Assembly: GCA_030141605.1 (NCBI GenBank)
Contig: JAQGDQ010002421.1
Location: forward strand, 1-54,755
Reading direction: 5' to 3'
Length of the DNA stretch: 54,755 nucleotides
Source: Tubiluchus corallicola
Lineage: Eukaryota > Animalia > Priapulida
Below are positions 32,188 through 43,418 of this stretch, one piece after another. A program made the position numbers and the translations under genes. The notes beneath the pieces were generated by a model, which worked only from the letters and a program-made list of their open reading frames with translations, searched no databases and had not been told where the DNA came from. Within the stretch, counting starts at the first letter, position 1. Every line of letters begins with the position of its first letter.

Positions 32188-32553
32188 CTACTCTTTTCTT
32201 GCAACCCTTATCCAGTCCACATCAATTATAGGGGAGAGCCCTTCATACTCAACTTCTCCAAATATTTCAACAAGTGTATTTTCATCAATAGGTATGTTAG
32301 GGAATTTGTCCCTATCTATCTCCACTTTTATTTTGGCTGTAGAGTCTTTGAATATATAAGTTTCATCATCTAACTGCTGTATAATGTACCCTTGAACACA
32401 TACCTTTTTTTCAATTGTAGCGTATTGTATAGAATGATTCAAAATTTTGCTTACATTAACTGCATCTCTTGGAGCTTTAGGTCCTTGATATTGAGAGTAT
32501 CCATTGTAGGAAAACATCAATAACGTAAAAAGGAGTAAATATATCTTTTTCAT
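32188..32553 (-). CDS. NirD/YgiW/YdeI (BOF, OB-fold) stress protein
   Basis: Start ATG 32553 with signal peptide. Y.GP, V..QGYII.QL..ETYIFKDST..IKVEID, V.IFGEVE. Confidence 0.8.
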   Translation of the reverse strand: MKKIYLLLFTLLMFSYNGYSQYQGPKAPRDAVNVSKILNHSIQYATIEKKVCVQGYIIQQLDDETYIFKDSTAKIKVEIDRDKFPNIPIDENTLVEIFGEVEYEGLSPIIDVDWIRVARKE

Positions 32554-32655
32554 GGTCGCTGGTTTTAAGTAAGTTATATCCTCTTTATTATAATAGTAAG
32601 ACAATTTAAAAGAAACAAAGTTTAATCGAAAATCATTATAATTTTAACATTAAAA

Positions 32656-33443
32656 TTAGATGTTTTCTGAAAAAGTTATTTCTTTCAAGCCAAATGATTC
32701 TATTTTATTATTAACATTCACTTGTAATTTGCCTGTTACTTTATCTACCCTAAAATAACTCCTTTTATTTTGCCATTTGGGGTGTCAAATGACAATAGTT
32801 CACCTCGCCCATATAGGTGTTGCAAATACTCAAACATTAACTTATCTTTATTCCCATTTTGCACCTGTATATACTTCTTTTCAAGACTTTCGAGTAAATT
32901 TGACAATATTTCAGCTCTATCTTTCTCGCAACCTAATATATTACTTATAGAAATAGCTTTTTTATCATCAAATTTAGTTTGATTAACATTCAACCCTATG
33001 CCAATTATACAATGCGATATTTTTTGCTTTTGAATAGCATTTTCTATCAATACCCCTCCAATTTTTCTGTTTTTATAATAAATATCATTAGGCCATTTAA
33101 TAGAAATATCATTAGGAATATATTTTCTAATCATATCATATATTGACAAAGATGCAATGATAGTAGTATAGAAAATCTCTTTCAAGGACAGAAAATCAGG
33201 AAAAACCACAACCGAAAACGTCAAATTCTTGTTAACATCAGACTCCCATTTGTTGTTAAACTGCCCCCTTCCCTTTGTCTGATTGTTTGTGATGATGACA
33301 GTTCCATTATCGACATTTTCTGTTTTTAACATTTCAAGAGCAAAGTTGTTAGTAGAATCTATTTTTTTTAAATAAATTAAAACATTTCCTATAAATTGGT
33401 TACATATAGGACTATAATAATAATTGTTTTTGTAACTTTGCAT
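32656..33443 (-). CDS. birA: Biotin--[acetyl-CoA-carboxylase] ligase, frameshifted at a G run (~32748)
   Basis: DSTN, QTKGRGQ..NKW.S, IKWPNDI, KIGGVLIE, GIGLNVNQ. A shifted frame continues VDKVTGKLQV...FGLKEITF to a stop at 32656. Confidence 0.88.
33433..33440 (+). promoter_or_regulatory. Bacteroidota -7 promoter element for rsfS-ftsH
   Basis: TAACTTTG 40 nt upstream of rsfS, overlapping the divergent birA start. Confidence 0.55.
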
Positions 33444-33479
33444 AATTAACAGTAATTGTATAGTTAGATAAATTATAAG

Positions 33480-33851
33480 ATGCCAAGTAAAGGAAAAACA
33501 TTGACAAATGCAGAAAGACTTTCCAAAATTATTATTAAAAGCATACAAGAAAAAAAAGGAGAAGAGATTCTAATATTAGATTTAAGAAAAATAAAAACAG
33601 CAATTGTAGATTTTTTTGTACTTTGCACAGCTAACTCAAGCCCCCAGATGGATGCCATTATTGAAGAAATAGATAAGCAGGTTTATCTAGAACTCAAAGA
33701 AAGACCAACACAAATAGAAGGAAAGAAGCAAAAAGAGTGGGTGCTTATAGATTATGTAAATGTAGTAGTACATGTTTTTGAGAGTAATGCACGCAAATAT
33801 TATTCATTAGAAGAGTTTTGGGGTGATGCAGAAATTAAGCATGTAAAATAA
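33480..33851 (+). CDS. rsfS: Ribosome silencing factor RsfS
   Basis: EKKGEEI..LDLR, DFFVLCT, WVLIDYVNVVVHVF...R.YYSLEEFWGDA. Confidence 0.95.
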   Translation: MPSKGKTLTNAERLSKIIIKSIQEKKGEEILILDLRKIKTAIVDFFVLCTANSSPQMDAIIEEIDKQVYLELKERPTQIEGKKQKEWVLIDYVNVVVHVFESNARKYYSLEEFWGDAEIKHVK

Positions 33852-33896
33852 TATTTGGAATATGATAAGAACTGTAAACGCAATTATTTAGAATAA

Positions 33897-35966
33897 ATGA
33901 AAGCAATAAAAAAGAAAAATAAACTACCTTCACCTAAAACAGGAAATAACACAATATGGATAATCGCCTCTTTTTTCGTTTTAGCCCTGTTATTGTACTA
34001 TTTTAATGGTAATCATGGTCCACAAGACATAACGTTTAATAAGTTTAAGCAAATATATCTTGACGGTGACGTTGAAAGCATTGTTATTATTGAAAATGAA
34101 AACGCCGTAGAAGTAAAGCTTAAAGAAGATGCTTTGGATAAAGGAAAATATCCAGAATATCGAGAAAAAAACGAAATGATGGGAGGAGATGGCCCTCATC
34201 TTAAGTTTAAAATTGTGAGCGCTACAAGTTTTAAAGAAGATTTAGAAGATTTGGAAAAGCAAGTCGGCCAGGACAAAAGAGCAGAGTATACCATAGAAGA
34301 GCGAAGAGATATATGGCAGTTAGTCTTAAATTGGGGTTTTTTTGGATTTATGATACTATTATTTTGGTTCATAATTCGCCGTATGACTAGCCCAATGAGA
34401 GGAGGCGGAGGAAATGTATTCAATATTGGTAAATCAAAAGCATCTCTGTTTGAGGCAAACAGCAAAGAACGAATTACTTTTGATAATGTAGCAGGATTAG
34501 ATGAAGCAAAAGAAGAAGTGAAAGAGTTTATTGACTTTTTGAAACAGCCAGAAAAATACACAAAGTTAGGCGGAAAAATACCCAAAGGAGCATTGCTTAT
34601 AGGCCCTCCAGGTACAGGAAAAACGCTTTTAGCAAAAGCAGTAGCAGGAGAAGCTCAAGTGCCCTTTTTCTCTCTTTCAGGATCAGACTTTGTAGAAATG
34701 TTTGTAGGGGTAGGAGCGGCAAGAGTAAGAGACCTATTCAGGCAAGCCAAAGAAAAAGCTCCTTGTATCATATTTATTGACGAAATTGACGCTGTAGGGC
34801 GAACAAGAGGGAGAGCATCTACACCCGGAGGAAATGACGAACGAGAAAATACGCTAAACTCTTTACTGGTAGAAATGGATGGCTTCTCTACCAACTCAGG
34901 AATTGTAATATTAGCAGCAAGTAACCGACCAGATGTATTGGATAGAGCCTTGCTTAGACCAGGGCGTTTTGACAGGCAAATATCCATAGATAAGCCAGAT
35001 ATAGCGGGTAGAGAGGCTATATTTAAAGTATACTTGAAAGAATTGAAATTATCTAAAAATGTAGATGGTAAAAAAATAGCGGCACAAACCCCTGGGTTTG
35101 CAGGAGCAGAAATAGCTAACGTGTGTAATGAAGCTGCTCTTATTGCTGCAAGGAAGGGTAAAAAGGTGGTGAGCATGAATGATTTTCAAGATGCCATAGA
35201 TAGAGTGATAGGTGGTTTGGAGAAAAAAAATAAAATTATTTCTCCAGAAGAGAAGCGAATAGTAGCATATCATGAAGCAGGACATGCAATAGCAGGATGG
35301 TTTTTAGAACATGCAGATCCACTAGTTAAAATAAGCATCGTACCAAGAGGAGTAGCGGCGTTAGGATATGCACAATATCTTCCCAAAGAGCAATTCTTAT
35401 ATCAGTATGAGCAACTATTTGACGATATGTGCATGGCATTAGGTGGAAGGGCGTCAGAAGAGATTATTTTTAATAAGGTATCAACAGGAGCTTTAAGTGA
35501 TTTGGAGAGAATAACCAAAATGGCGTATAATATGGTGGCTATTTATGGTTTGAATAAAAAAATAGGAAACATCTCTTTTTATGAAACAAAATCAACAGAT
35601 TATAAATTTGTTAAGCCATATTCGGAGGAAACCGCTAGGATCATTGATGAAGAAGTAAAGAAAATAATAGCAAAAGCATATGAAAGAACAAAACAGTTGC
35701 TTACAGAGAAGAAAAAAGAGTTGGAAATAGTAGCTCAAGAACTTCTTAAACGTGAAATTATATTTCAAATGGATTTAGAAAAACTGATAGGAAAGCGCCC
35801 ATTTAAAAACCATACAACATTTGAGACCTATTTGCAATCAACCAACACAGGCAAAAAAACAAAAGCAAAAGTACCAAGAAAAACAAAAGCAAAAACCCAA
35901 AAAACAAAAACCAATACAGAGGCAAAAAAAACAAAAAGCTCAACAACAACAAATAAAGAAAAATAA
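33897..35966 (+). CDS. ftsH: ATP-dependent zinc metalloprotease FtsH
   Basis: Two TMs, [30 protein letters not shown]. Confidence 0.97.
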   Translation: MKAIKKKNKLPSPKTGNNTIWIIASFFVLALLLYYFNGNHGPQDITFNKFKQIYLDGDVESIVIIENENAVEVKLKEDALDKGKYPEYREKNEMMGGDGPHLKFKIVSATSFKEDLEDLEKQVGQDKRAEYTIEERRDIWQLVLNWGFFGFMILLFWFIIRRMTSPMRGGGGNVFNIGKSKASLFEANSKERITFDNVAGLDEAKEEVKEFIDFLKQPEKYTKLGGKIPKGALLIGPPGTGKTLLAKAVAGEAQVPFFSLSGSDFVEMFVGVGAARVRDLFRQAKEKAPCIIFIDEIDAVGRTRGRASTPGGNDERENTLNSLLVEMDGFSTNSGIVILAASNRPDVLDRALLRPGRFDRQISIDKPDIAGREAIFKVYLKELKLSKNVDGKKIAAQTPGFAGAEIANVCNEAALIAARKGKKVVSMNDFQDAIDRVIGGLEKKNKIISPEEKRIVAYHEAGHAIAGWFLEHADPLVKISIVPRGVAALGYAQYLPKEQFLYQYEQLFDDMCMALGGRASEEIIFNKVSTGALSDLERITKMAYNMVAIYGLNKKIGNISFYETKSTDYKFVKPYSEETARIIDEEVKKIIAKAYERTKQLLTEKKKELEIVAQELLKREIIFQMDLEKLIGKRPFKNHTTFETYLQSTNTGKKTKAKVPRKTKAKTQKTKTNTEAKKTKSSTTTNKEK

Positions 35967-36010
35967 AAAGTCAGAGGGATATATAACTGTGAGTAAAAAG
36001 TTAACATTTT

Positions 36011-36823
36011 ATGAAATCAATAAATATTAATTTAAAAAATGACGAGAAGATATATATAGCATCTGATTTTCATTTGGGATCTCCTGATAAAAAATCCTCT
36101 TTGGATAGAGAAAAAAGAATAGTTAGTTGGCTAAATAGCATAAAAAAAGATGCTAAGACAGTAATATTATTAGGAGATATTTTTGACTTTTGGTTTGAGT
36201 ACAAATATGTAGTACCCAAAGGATTTTCTAGGTTTTTTAGTAAAATCATAGAACTCAAAGATGAACATGGAGTAGAAGTGATTTTCTTTACAGGCAACCA
36301 TGATGTGTGGATGTTTGATTATTTTCAAACAGAGTTTAGAATACCAGTATTTAAAGAGCCAACACTACTACAAGTAGGAAAGAAAAAGTTTTTTTTAGCC
36401 CATGGCGATGGCTTGAATTCCAATGACAAACTATATCATTTTGTGACTAAATATTTTTTAAGAAGTAAACTTATGCAGTGGATATTCACCAAATTGCTTC
36501 CCCCCTTCCTTCCGTTCAGAATGGCATCGAAATATTCACAAATGACAAAAAAGAGACACAAAAACTTTTCTACAGAAAAGAAGATAAAAAAACATATGTC
36601 TTCCGCTATCAATTTTTGTGAACAATTAGAAACACACACGCATTATGACTATTATGTACTTGGACACTTTCACTGCCCTTATCAGCAACCTATAGGAAAG
36701 GAGAGCGTGTATACCTGCTTAGGCGATTGGGTGAAATTTGATTCTTATTTGTCCATAAGTAAAAACAATGTGGATTTATTGAAGTTTAATTATCAAAAAC
36801 GAAGAGTAAAACAATATAAATGA
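36011..36823 (+). CDS. UDP-2,3-diacylglucosamine diphosphatase (LpxH-like metallophosphoesterase)
   Basis: SDFHLG, GDIFDFW, GNHD, HGDG, GHFH, LGDW. Confidence 0.85.
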   Translation: MKSININLKNDEKIYIASDFHLGSPDKKSSLDREKRIVSWLNSIKKDAKTVILLGDIFDFWFEYKYVVPKGFSRFFSKIIELKDEHGVEVIFFTGNHDVWMFDYFQTEFRIPVFKEPTLLQVGKKKFFLAHGDGLNSNDKLYHFVTKYFLRSKLMQWIFTKLLPPFLPFRMASKYSQMTKKRHKNFSTEKKIKKHMSSAINFCEQLETHTHYDYYVLGHFHCPYQQPIGKESVYTCLGDWVKFDSYLSISKNNVDLLKFNYQKRRVKQYK

Positions 36824-37761
36824 AACGACGCATTAAATATTTCTTTTTAATTTTTATAAAAGGAGCATCTATGGGAATAGCAGACCTAATCCCCGGCGTG
36901 TCTGGAGGAACAATCGCTTTTATTACAGGAATATATCAAAAATTGATAAATGCCTTCAAATCTATTAATAGAGAAGCATTTGGTTTGCTAATAAAATTTA
37001 AAATACAGGCATTTTTACAACATATTAATGCACAATTTCTAATACCACTTCTTTTAGGGGTTATTTTTAGCATATTTACATTTGCAAAGCTTCTAAACTA
37101 CTTGCTTTTAGAACATGGCATTATGCTATGGTCGTTCTTTTTTGGATTAATATTAATGTCTGCAGTTTGGATTTTTCTTAAAATAGAAAAGTGGACATTA
37201 GGAGTTATTTTATTTGGTATTATAGGAGTGATTACTGCATATATTATTACGTCTGTTGCCCCTGCCACTACTCCTGAAAATTATTTTTTCGTATTAATAT
37301 CAGGGGCTCTTGCAATTTGTGCCATGATATTACCAGGCATATCAGGAAGCTTTATTTTAATTGTTTTAGGCAAATATCAATACATGCTCAATGCTGTAAA
37401 AGATTATGACATTGCCATTTTAGCTCTCTTTTCAGTAGGATGCATTGTAGGATTATTAAGTTTTGTAAGGTTGATAAGTTGGTGTTTTTCTAAAAGACCA
37501 AGTATGACAGTAGCATTAATGCTAGGATTTATGTTGGGTTGTTTAAATAAAATATGGCCATGGAAAATCACAACAAAATACATGTCAAGCTCTTCAGGGA
37601 AAATTATTCCTGCTATACAAGAGAATGTTTTTCCGGCAGAATATCTTGACAAAGTAGGAGAACCGTTTGTACTTGAGTCTATGTTGTTCTTTATCATTGG
37701 CATACTCTTTGTCATTGGTATAGAAAAATTATCAGAACATTCTCAGATGATTAAAAACTAA
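36820..37761 (+). CDS. DUF368 membrane protein (undecaprenyl-phosphate translocase family)
   Basis: MGIADLIPGVSGGTIAFITGIY, AMILPGISGSFIL, KIWPW. Confidence 0.88.
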   Translation: MKRRIKYFFLIFIKGASMGIADLIPGVSGGTIAFITGIYQKLINAFKSINREAFGLLIKFKIQAFLQHINAQFLIPLLLGVIFSIFTFAKLLNYLLLEHGIMLWSFFFGLILMSAVWIFLKIEKWTLGVILFGIIGVITAYIITSVAPATTPENYFFVLISGALAICAMILPGISGSFILIVLGKYQYMLNAVKDYDIAILALFSVGCIVGLLSFVRLISWCFSKRPSMTVALMLGFMLGCLNKIWPWKITTKYMSSSSGKIIPAIQENVFPAEYLDKVGEPFVLESMLFFIIGILFVIGIEKLSEHSQMIKN

Positions 37762-37795
37762 TAAAATTGTATATTATTTTTTGAAATAAAAAGTA

Positions 37796-38622
37796 ATGAA
37801 AAAGGTGAAAAGTTGGAAAGAAAGATTATATATTGTCATTTTTGGCACACACACCTTTGCTGGAAAAATTTTTAATACCATCTTGTTAGGTTCTATTTTA
37901 ATAAGCACTATTTCGGTGATGCTAGAGACAGTGGAAACACTAAACGCTAAATATCATTGGCTTTTTGTTGCTTTGGAGTGGACTTTTACTGTTTTGTTTA
38001 CCGTAGAATATGTTATGAGAATTGTGGTTTCCAAAAAACCACTTAAATACATATTTAGTTTTTCAGGACTTATAGACTTTATAGCCATCATTCCTACATA
38101 TATGGGTTTCTTTTTTAGAGAGGCACATTATTTATTGGTAGTCAGAAGCATAAGGCTACTTCGAGTGTTTAGGATTTTGAAATTAGCAAGGTATACTAAT
38201 GCAGCAAGGCATTTGTCAAGAACATTAAAAGCAAGCAGGGTTAAGATTATTGTTTTTGTAGAAGTGGTAATTATTATTGTTGCAATAGTAGGCACGTTGA
38301 TGTATTTTATAGAAACCGAAGAACACGGCTTTACAAGCATTCCGAAAAGTATCTATTGGGCAGTGGTAACCCTAACTACTGTGGGCTATGGCGACATTGC
38401 ACCGCAAACAACTTTGGGACAAACTTTGGCAACTTTTATTATGATTTAGGCTATAGCATTATTGCTGTTCCGACAGGAATAATTACTGCTGAGGCAGTTA
38501 AGTCAGATGCAAACAAACAAATATTAGCTTGCCAAAATTGTTGTTTTGACCAGCATGACAACGATGCTCAGTTTTGTAAGAAGTGTGGAAGTGAGATAAA
38601 GAAAAACATAGAAAAGACTTAA
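37796..38622 (+). CDS. Voltage-gated K+ channel / ion transporter, frameshifted in a T run (~38445)
   Basis: S4 RSIRLLRVFRILKL and filter TTVGYGD. The continuation LGYSIIAVPTGII...CQNC..H..DAQFCKKCG is in another frame. Confidence 0.88.
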
Positions 38623-38725
38623 AGTTATAGAATTTTTTACTTCTTAATTTTAAACTTTAATATAAAAACCTTGTCAAAGATAGTAAAGTTTAAATAATAG
38701 TTACTAATCTAAAAAACAATAATCC

Positions 38726-39445
38726 ATGAAAACAAACATCATCAGTCTCTTTATTATTACAACCGTTATACTGCTGTTGTCTTTTTCATTTAAAGAGATG
38801 AAGAGGGATACAGAAACAAAGCAAGAGATGAAAAAATATTTTAATGAAAATATTTTTCCTGTCTTGAAGCAGCAAAAAGAAAAGCTTAATGCGTTAATGG
38901 AGAAAAAAGACATTGAACAAATATTAGTTACAAAGCAAGAAATTAAAGAGCTTCAATTGAAACAAAACGACTTGCGTTATAGTATTAGAAAAGAAAAAAT
39001 ATTGGAAAATGAAGTTTCTGATGACCTAAAAATGCAAGCCAAAGAGAATAAAAAACAACTTGAAAAGCAAAGAGATATATTATTCTCCATAGCAATAAAA
39101 TATAGAACAGAGGCAAAAAGTGTGTTAGAAGAAATCAAAGAGCAAAAGCAACAGTGGAGAAAAGGTATGGCAGAGATTATGGCGAAAAACGAAAATCAAG
39201 GAAAAGAACCTTCTGTTTCTTTTGGAAATAAAACAAAAAAACATAATGCACACCACAATAACAAATCATTTGCATTCTGTGATGTAGTAAAGCTTGATGA
39301 AGAACATCATGATGGATTAAATGCTATGAGATTTGATGATGAGTTTTTTGCACCGCATCCAGTAATGAAACAACAACATGCGGGTAGTCATAAAGACCAC
39401 AGATACATCATGTTTGTGTTATGGGATCCCCAAATCAAAAAATAG
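38726..39445 (+). CDS. Hypothetical secreted coiled-coil protein with His-rich C-terminal region
   Basis: Signal peptide, K/E/Q-rich helices, His clusters. Confidence 0.6.
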   Translation: MKTNIISLFIITTVILLLSFSFKEMKRDTETKQEMKKYFNENIFPVLKQQKEKLNALMEKKDIEQILVTKQEIKELQLKQNDLRYSIRKEKILENEVSDDLKMQAKENKKQLEKQRDILFSIAIKYRTEAKSVLEEIKEQKQQWRKGMAEIMAKNENQGKEPSVSFGNKTKKHNAHHNNKSFAFCDVVKLDEEHHDGLNAMRFDDEFFAPHPVMKQQHAGSHKDHRYIMFVLWDPQIKK

Positions 39446-39512
39446 ATAAATAGAGCACGAGGAAAAGAAAATAAGTTATGATATAAATAGAAAAAACTCC
39501 TACATGGACATT

Positions 39513-39554
39513 AGAGCATTAAGTGAATTTTAATATTTGCTTAATGCTTTTTTT
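39513..39554 (+). terminator. Intrinsic terminator
   Basis: AGAGCATTAAGTGAAT...ATTTGCTTAATGCTTT stem with G-U pairs followed by a T run. Confidence 0.6.
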
Positions 39555-39736
39555 AATTTATACTATAAATTTAGCTCTTACTTTTGAAATAAAACGTTTC
39601 AAAACAGTAGGAGCTTTTCTAATTTTTCAATGATTTTATTTTTACGAAATATAAAAAAATGTATCTTTGAAAAAGTAATAACTTTTAAATGAGATAGATA
39701 GAGGAAGATTGTAAGATAAAATTATAAGCCAGAAAT

Positions 39737-41842
39737 ATGAAAAAACAGGATTATGAAAGTATAATAAAGAATAGTGAATTTATTAGTAGGGAGCTAAGCT
39801 GGATAAAGTTTAATTACAGAGTTTTAGATCAAGTAACTAAAGGCAAAAAAGGTATCGCTGAGCGATTTAAATTTTTAGCTATCACGGCTTCTAATCTTGA
39901 TGAGTTTTTTATGATCCGTGTAGGAAGTCTATATAATTACATAGATTATGGAAAGGAGCACAATGATTATTCGGGGCTTCGTACAAAAATATTTAAAAAA
40001 AGATTATTTAAAGAAATACAAGGATTTTACCGAGCACAAAAAGATTGTTATGTCAATTTTTTGAAACCTCAATTTAAAAAAAATGGATTGAACATTGTTT
40101 CAATAGATGATTTGAATGACAAAGAGAAGGAAGAGACGAAGAAGTATTTTAAAAAAATAATTTTTCCAATGCTCACTCCTATGGTTTATGACAGCTACCA
40201 CACCTTTCCTATATTAATGAATAACTTTTTAATTTTTGGTGTGGAAACACAAAACGGAGAGAAGGGCATAGATAAAAAGAAATTATCATTTGTTCAAATT
40301 CCTAGAAACTTACCTAGGTTTTATGAAATAGAAAGAAAAAATGCAATAATTTTTGTTCCAATAGAAGACATAGTAAAAGCCTATATAAACCAACTGTTTA
40401 GAAATGTGCACATTGAAGCGGTTAATTTATTTCGTATAACACGAAATGGAGATTTTACCCTTGATGAAAATGACGATATGGACGCCGATTTTTTAGAAGA
40501 ACTGCAAAGCAAACTAAAAACAAGAGAAACGGGAAGAGTAGTGCGGATGGAGATTGAAGAAAATGCCAGCAGGTGGATGTTGAAGTTATTGATGCAAAAA
40601 TGGGATATAGAAGATGATAACATATTTTATTATCCATCAAATAGTTTGCTGGACTATACAGGTTTTTGGGAAATAGTACAGCATCCTGTATTTGAAAGCA
40701 CCCTACCTAAGTTGCATCCGCAAGTTCTTCCTTTGGCCTATCCAGAAGAGAATGGTGAAGATATTTTTGAAGTCTTAAAAACTCAAGATATATTGCTCCA
40801 TCACCCATATAATAGCATAGAAACACTGTTTGAGCTTATAGATGTTGCGGCAACAGACCCTAATGTGCTTTCTATCAAGCTTACTATATATAGGCTCGCA
40901 AAGCATTCGAGAGTTATAGAAGCATTATTGAAAGCGGCAGAAAATGGAAAGCATGTTGCTGTGTTATTTGAGCTCAAAGCTCGGTTTGATGAAGAAAATA
41001 ATATGAAACAAGCAAAACTACTTGAAAAAGCGGGTTGCTTTGTAATATACGGAATTAGCAGTGTGAAAACTCACACGAAGCTATTGTTGATAGTAAAAAA
41101 AGAAAAAAAAGAGGTTATACGCTATGTTCATATGTCTACGGGAAACTATAATGAAGTAACGGCAAAATTATATGAAGATTTGGGAATGCTCACCACTAAT
41201 GAAATGTATGCACGAGATGTATCAGATTTTTTTAATGTAATCACAGGGCATTCTATGCCGCCTAATTATCAATTACTTTTGACAGCTCCTCAAAATATGA
41301 GAAATACTCTTATTGAACTAATAAACATAGAAACAGAAAATGCAAAAAATAATTTACCTTCGGGAATAGTTATAAAAATCAACTCCCTACAAGATAGAAT
41401 TATAATATCAAAGTTATATAAAGCATCACAGGCGGGCGTGCCAATCAAACTGGTTGTAAGAGGTATATGTTGCCTTAGACCCAAGAGAAAAGGTTTGAGT
41501 GATAATATAGAAGTTTACTCTATTGTAGGGGAGTTTCTTGAGCATTCTCGTATTTATTATTTTCATAACAACGGAGACCCCAAAATACTGTCAGGAAGCT
41601 CTGATGCTATGACTAGAAGTTTTAATTCTAGAATAGAATCATTGTTTTTTATTATAGATCCTTTGATAAAACAAGAATGTATTAACATTTTAAAATATAA
41701 CTTGAAGGATAATGTAAACAACTATAAGATGCTAGAAGATGGTTCATATATTCCTAAAAAGGACAAATCCGTACCTTTTGATATCCATAAAGAATTTTAT
41801 AAAGTTACGCGTAAAGGCATAAAAGGAGTAAAGTTGTTTTAA
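39737..41842 (+). CDS. ppk1: Polyphosphate kinase 1
   Basis: RELSW.KFN.RVL, SNLDEFFMIRV, LLHHPY, ELKARFDEE.N, HTK, TGNYN, FLEHSR. -7 element at 39662-39669. Confidence 0.96.
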   Translation: MKKQDYESIIKNSEFISRELSWIKFNYRVLDQVTKGKKGIAERFKFLAITASNLDEFFMIRVGSLYNYIDYGKEHNDYSGLRTKIFKKRLFKEIQGFYRAQKDCYVNFLKPQFKKNGLNIVSIDDLNDKEKEETKKYFKKIIFPMLTPMVYDSYHTFPILMNNFLIFGVETQNGEKGIDKKKLSFVQIPRNLPRFYEIERKNAIIFVPIEDIVKAYINQLFRNVHIEAVNLFRITRNGDFTLDENDDMDADFLEELQSKLKTRETGRVVRMEIEENASRWMLKLLMQKWDIEDDNIFYYPSNSLLDYTGFWEIVQHPVFESTLPKLHPQVLPLAYPEENGEDIFEVLKTQDILLHHPYNSIETLFELIDVAATDPNVLSIKLTIYRLAKHSRVIEALLKAAENGKHVAVLFELKARFDEENNMKQAKLLEKAGCFVIYGISSVKTHTKLLLIVKKEKKEVIRYVHMSTGNYNEVTAKLYEDLGMLTTNEMYARDVSDFFNVITGHSMPPNYQLLLTAPQNMRNTLIELINIETENAKNNLPSGIVIKINSLQDRIIISKLYKASQAGVPIKLVVRGICCLRPKRKGLSDNIEVYSIVGEFLEHSRIYYFHNNGDPKILSGSSDAMTRSFNSRIESLFFIIDPLIKQECINILKYNLKDNVNNYKMLEDGSYIPKKDKSVPFDIHKEFYKVTRKGIKGVKLF

Positions 41843-41850
41843 CTCCTTTG

Positions 41851-43416
41851 TTATTTATTATTGAGGTTGGTATGAACTGTTGGTTTTACCAAAATTACTT
41901 TTTCTTTTTCACAAATTACTTTTCCGGGAGGAAATCCTTTGGGTTTTCTTACGTGGTTTTTTAGTGTATAACAAATAGGGCAAAGAGTGTTGTTTTTTTG
42001 TTTCGAATGTGTTGCTGCTAATTCTGCAGCGAATTCTATAACGTCTTTTGGAAAGTTATCTTTGTGTTTAGCCTTTATAATCACATGCGCTCCCGCAGAA
42101 TCTTTGATATGAAGCCACATATCGTTTTTTGATGCTATATGAAATGTAAGCTCATCATTTTTTTTATTGCTTTTTCCTACCAATATTTTATAGTCCATAA
42201 AATTATACGTATGATATGTTGAGCTTTTTTCATCTTCATTGGCTGACTTGGTCTCATTTTTTAAGTATTTCTTTAGTTCTTTTATGTGGCTACAGCCTTC
42301 TATTTCTGCTATTTGTTTTCTAATTTCAAATAGTTGTACTTTTTTTTGATCGATATTTTGATTAAGTTTTTCTATTCCAATAGATTGATTTTTTGCTTTT
42401 CTGTAATAATTCTCTGCGTTTTTTTGTGCTGTTAAATTTTGTTTTAAGGGTATAATGATGATTTTATTATTATAAAAATCAAATAACTCTACTTGTTTGG
42501 CATTTGGGGGTATGTTATGTAAGTTTGCCATAATAATATCAGCAAAGTGTTGGTAATTGTCGTTGGTGTTGTTTTTTTGCCTTTGATCTCTTGCCTTTTT
42601 GATATAGCTACTTGTCTTTTTTTCTTGGTTTTTAAAGTTCCGAACAAGTTCATTTTTTAGGTCATTCAAATTAATGGCACGGATGTAGTTAGAGTAAAAT
42701 GTATTGATAGCTTTTATGGGACTGTCAAAGTGTTCAAAATTTTTAGTGTTTGGTTTGAGCAAACTAAATATGGGAATGCTGTTTTCGTAATAGATATAAA
42801 AATTTTGCTTTTCAAGATGTTCTAGTATGTGCATTAATAGCTTCCATTTTTCCTCTATACTTTTCTTCTCATATTCTTTTTGTAACAAATATTGATATAT
42901 GTCTTTACTGAACATAGGTATAAATTGTCGTACATTGCCATTGTGTTTTACAAAATTTGCTTTTGAAATATCAATACTTTTATGCAATTGATCTGTGATT
43001 AATGTCAAATCCTTTTTTAGATTATTTTTAAAAAGCTTTACTCCTTGATTGTTTTTGCATAAAATAATATTAGACTGTTGCCCAAACATCTTAAAAAGTA
43101 ATACGAAGTTGTTATCTAAATAGAGCGCAAATGCTCTTTCATTTTCAAACTGTACTACGTCTACAATAGTGCTATTTATAATTTCATCAAAAAGATTCAC
43201 ACTATTTTTTTTAGCTCTTGCAAAGCTATCTAATAGTGTTATACAGCTAAATTGCCGAGTTAAAAGTACTTTAATATATAATTGTTTATTGGCACCCCAT
43301 AGCCCTATAATTAACTCATCTTTGTTTTGTGTAAAAATTTCATTAATAACACTTCCAGTAATGTTTTTTTTTAATTCTTGTGAGAGTTGTTTTATGAAAT
43401 AATAGGTGTTATGCAT
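41851..43416 (-). CDS. NFACT / RqcH (FbpA-like) RNA-binding protein
   Basis: MHNTYYF N-terminus, NAENYYRKAK, ILVGKSNKKNDELT...D.WLH.KD..GAHVII, VRKPKG. Confidence 0.85.
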   Translation of the reverse strand: MHNTYYFIKQLSQELKKNITGSVINEIFTQNKDELIIGLWGANKQLYIKVLLTRQFSCITLLDSFARAKKNSVNLFDEIINSTIVDVVQFENERAFALYLDNNFVLLFKMFGQQSNIILCKNNQGVKLFKNNLKKDLTLITDQLHKSIDISKANFVKHNGNVRQFIPMFSKDIYQYLLQKEYEKKSIEEKWKLLMHILEHLEKQNFYIYYENSIPIFSLLKPNTKNFEHFDSPIKAINTFYSNYIRAINLNDLKNELVRNFKNQEKKTSSYIKKARDQRQKNNTNDNYQHFADIIMANLHNIPPNAKQVELFDFYNNKIIIIPLKQNLTAQKNAENYYRKAKNQSIGIEKLNQNIDQKKVQLFEIRKQIAEIEGCSHIKELKKYLKNETKSANEDEKSSTYHTYNFMDYKILVGKSNKKNDELTFHIASKNDMWLHIKDSAGAHVIIKAKHKDNFPKDVIEFAAELAATHSKQKNNTLCPICYTLKNHVRKPKGFPPGKVICEKEKVILVKPTVHTNLNNK

Positions 43417-43418
43417 GG

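Noticed and set aside
35830-35966. Lys/Thr-rich FtsH tail and overlapping 69-aa ORF
   Set aside because: An ordinary low-complexity C-terminal tail; the overlapping ORF is a shadow of A-rich sequence.
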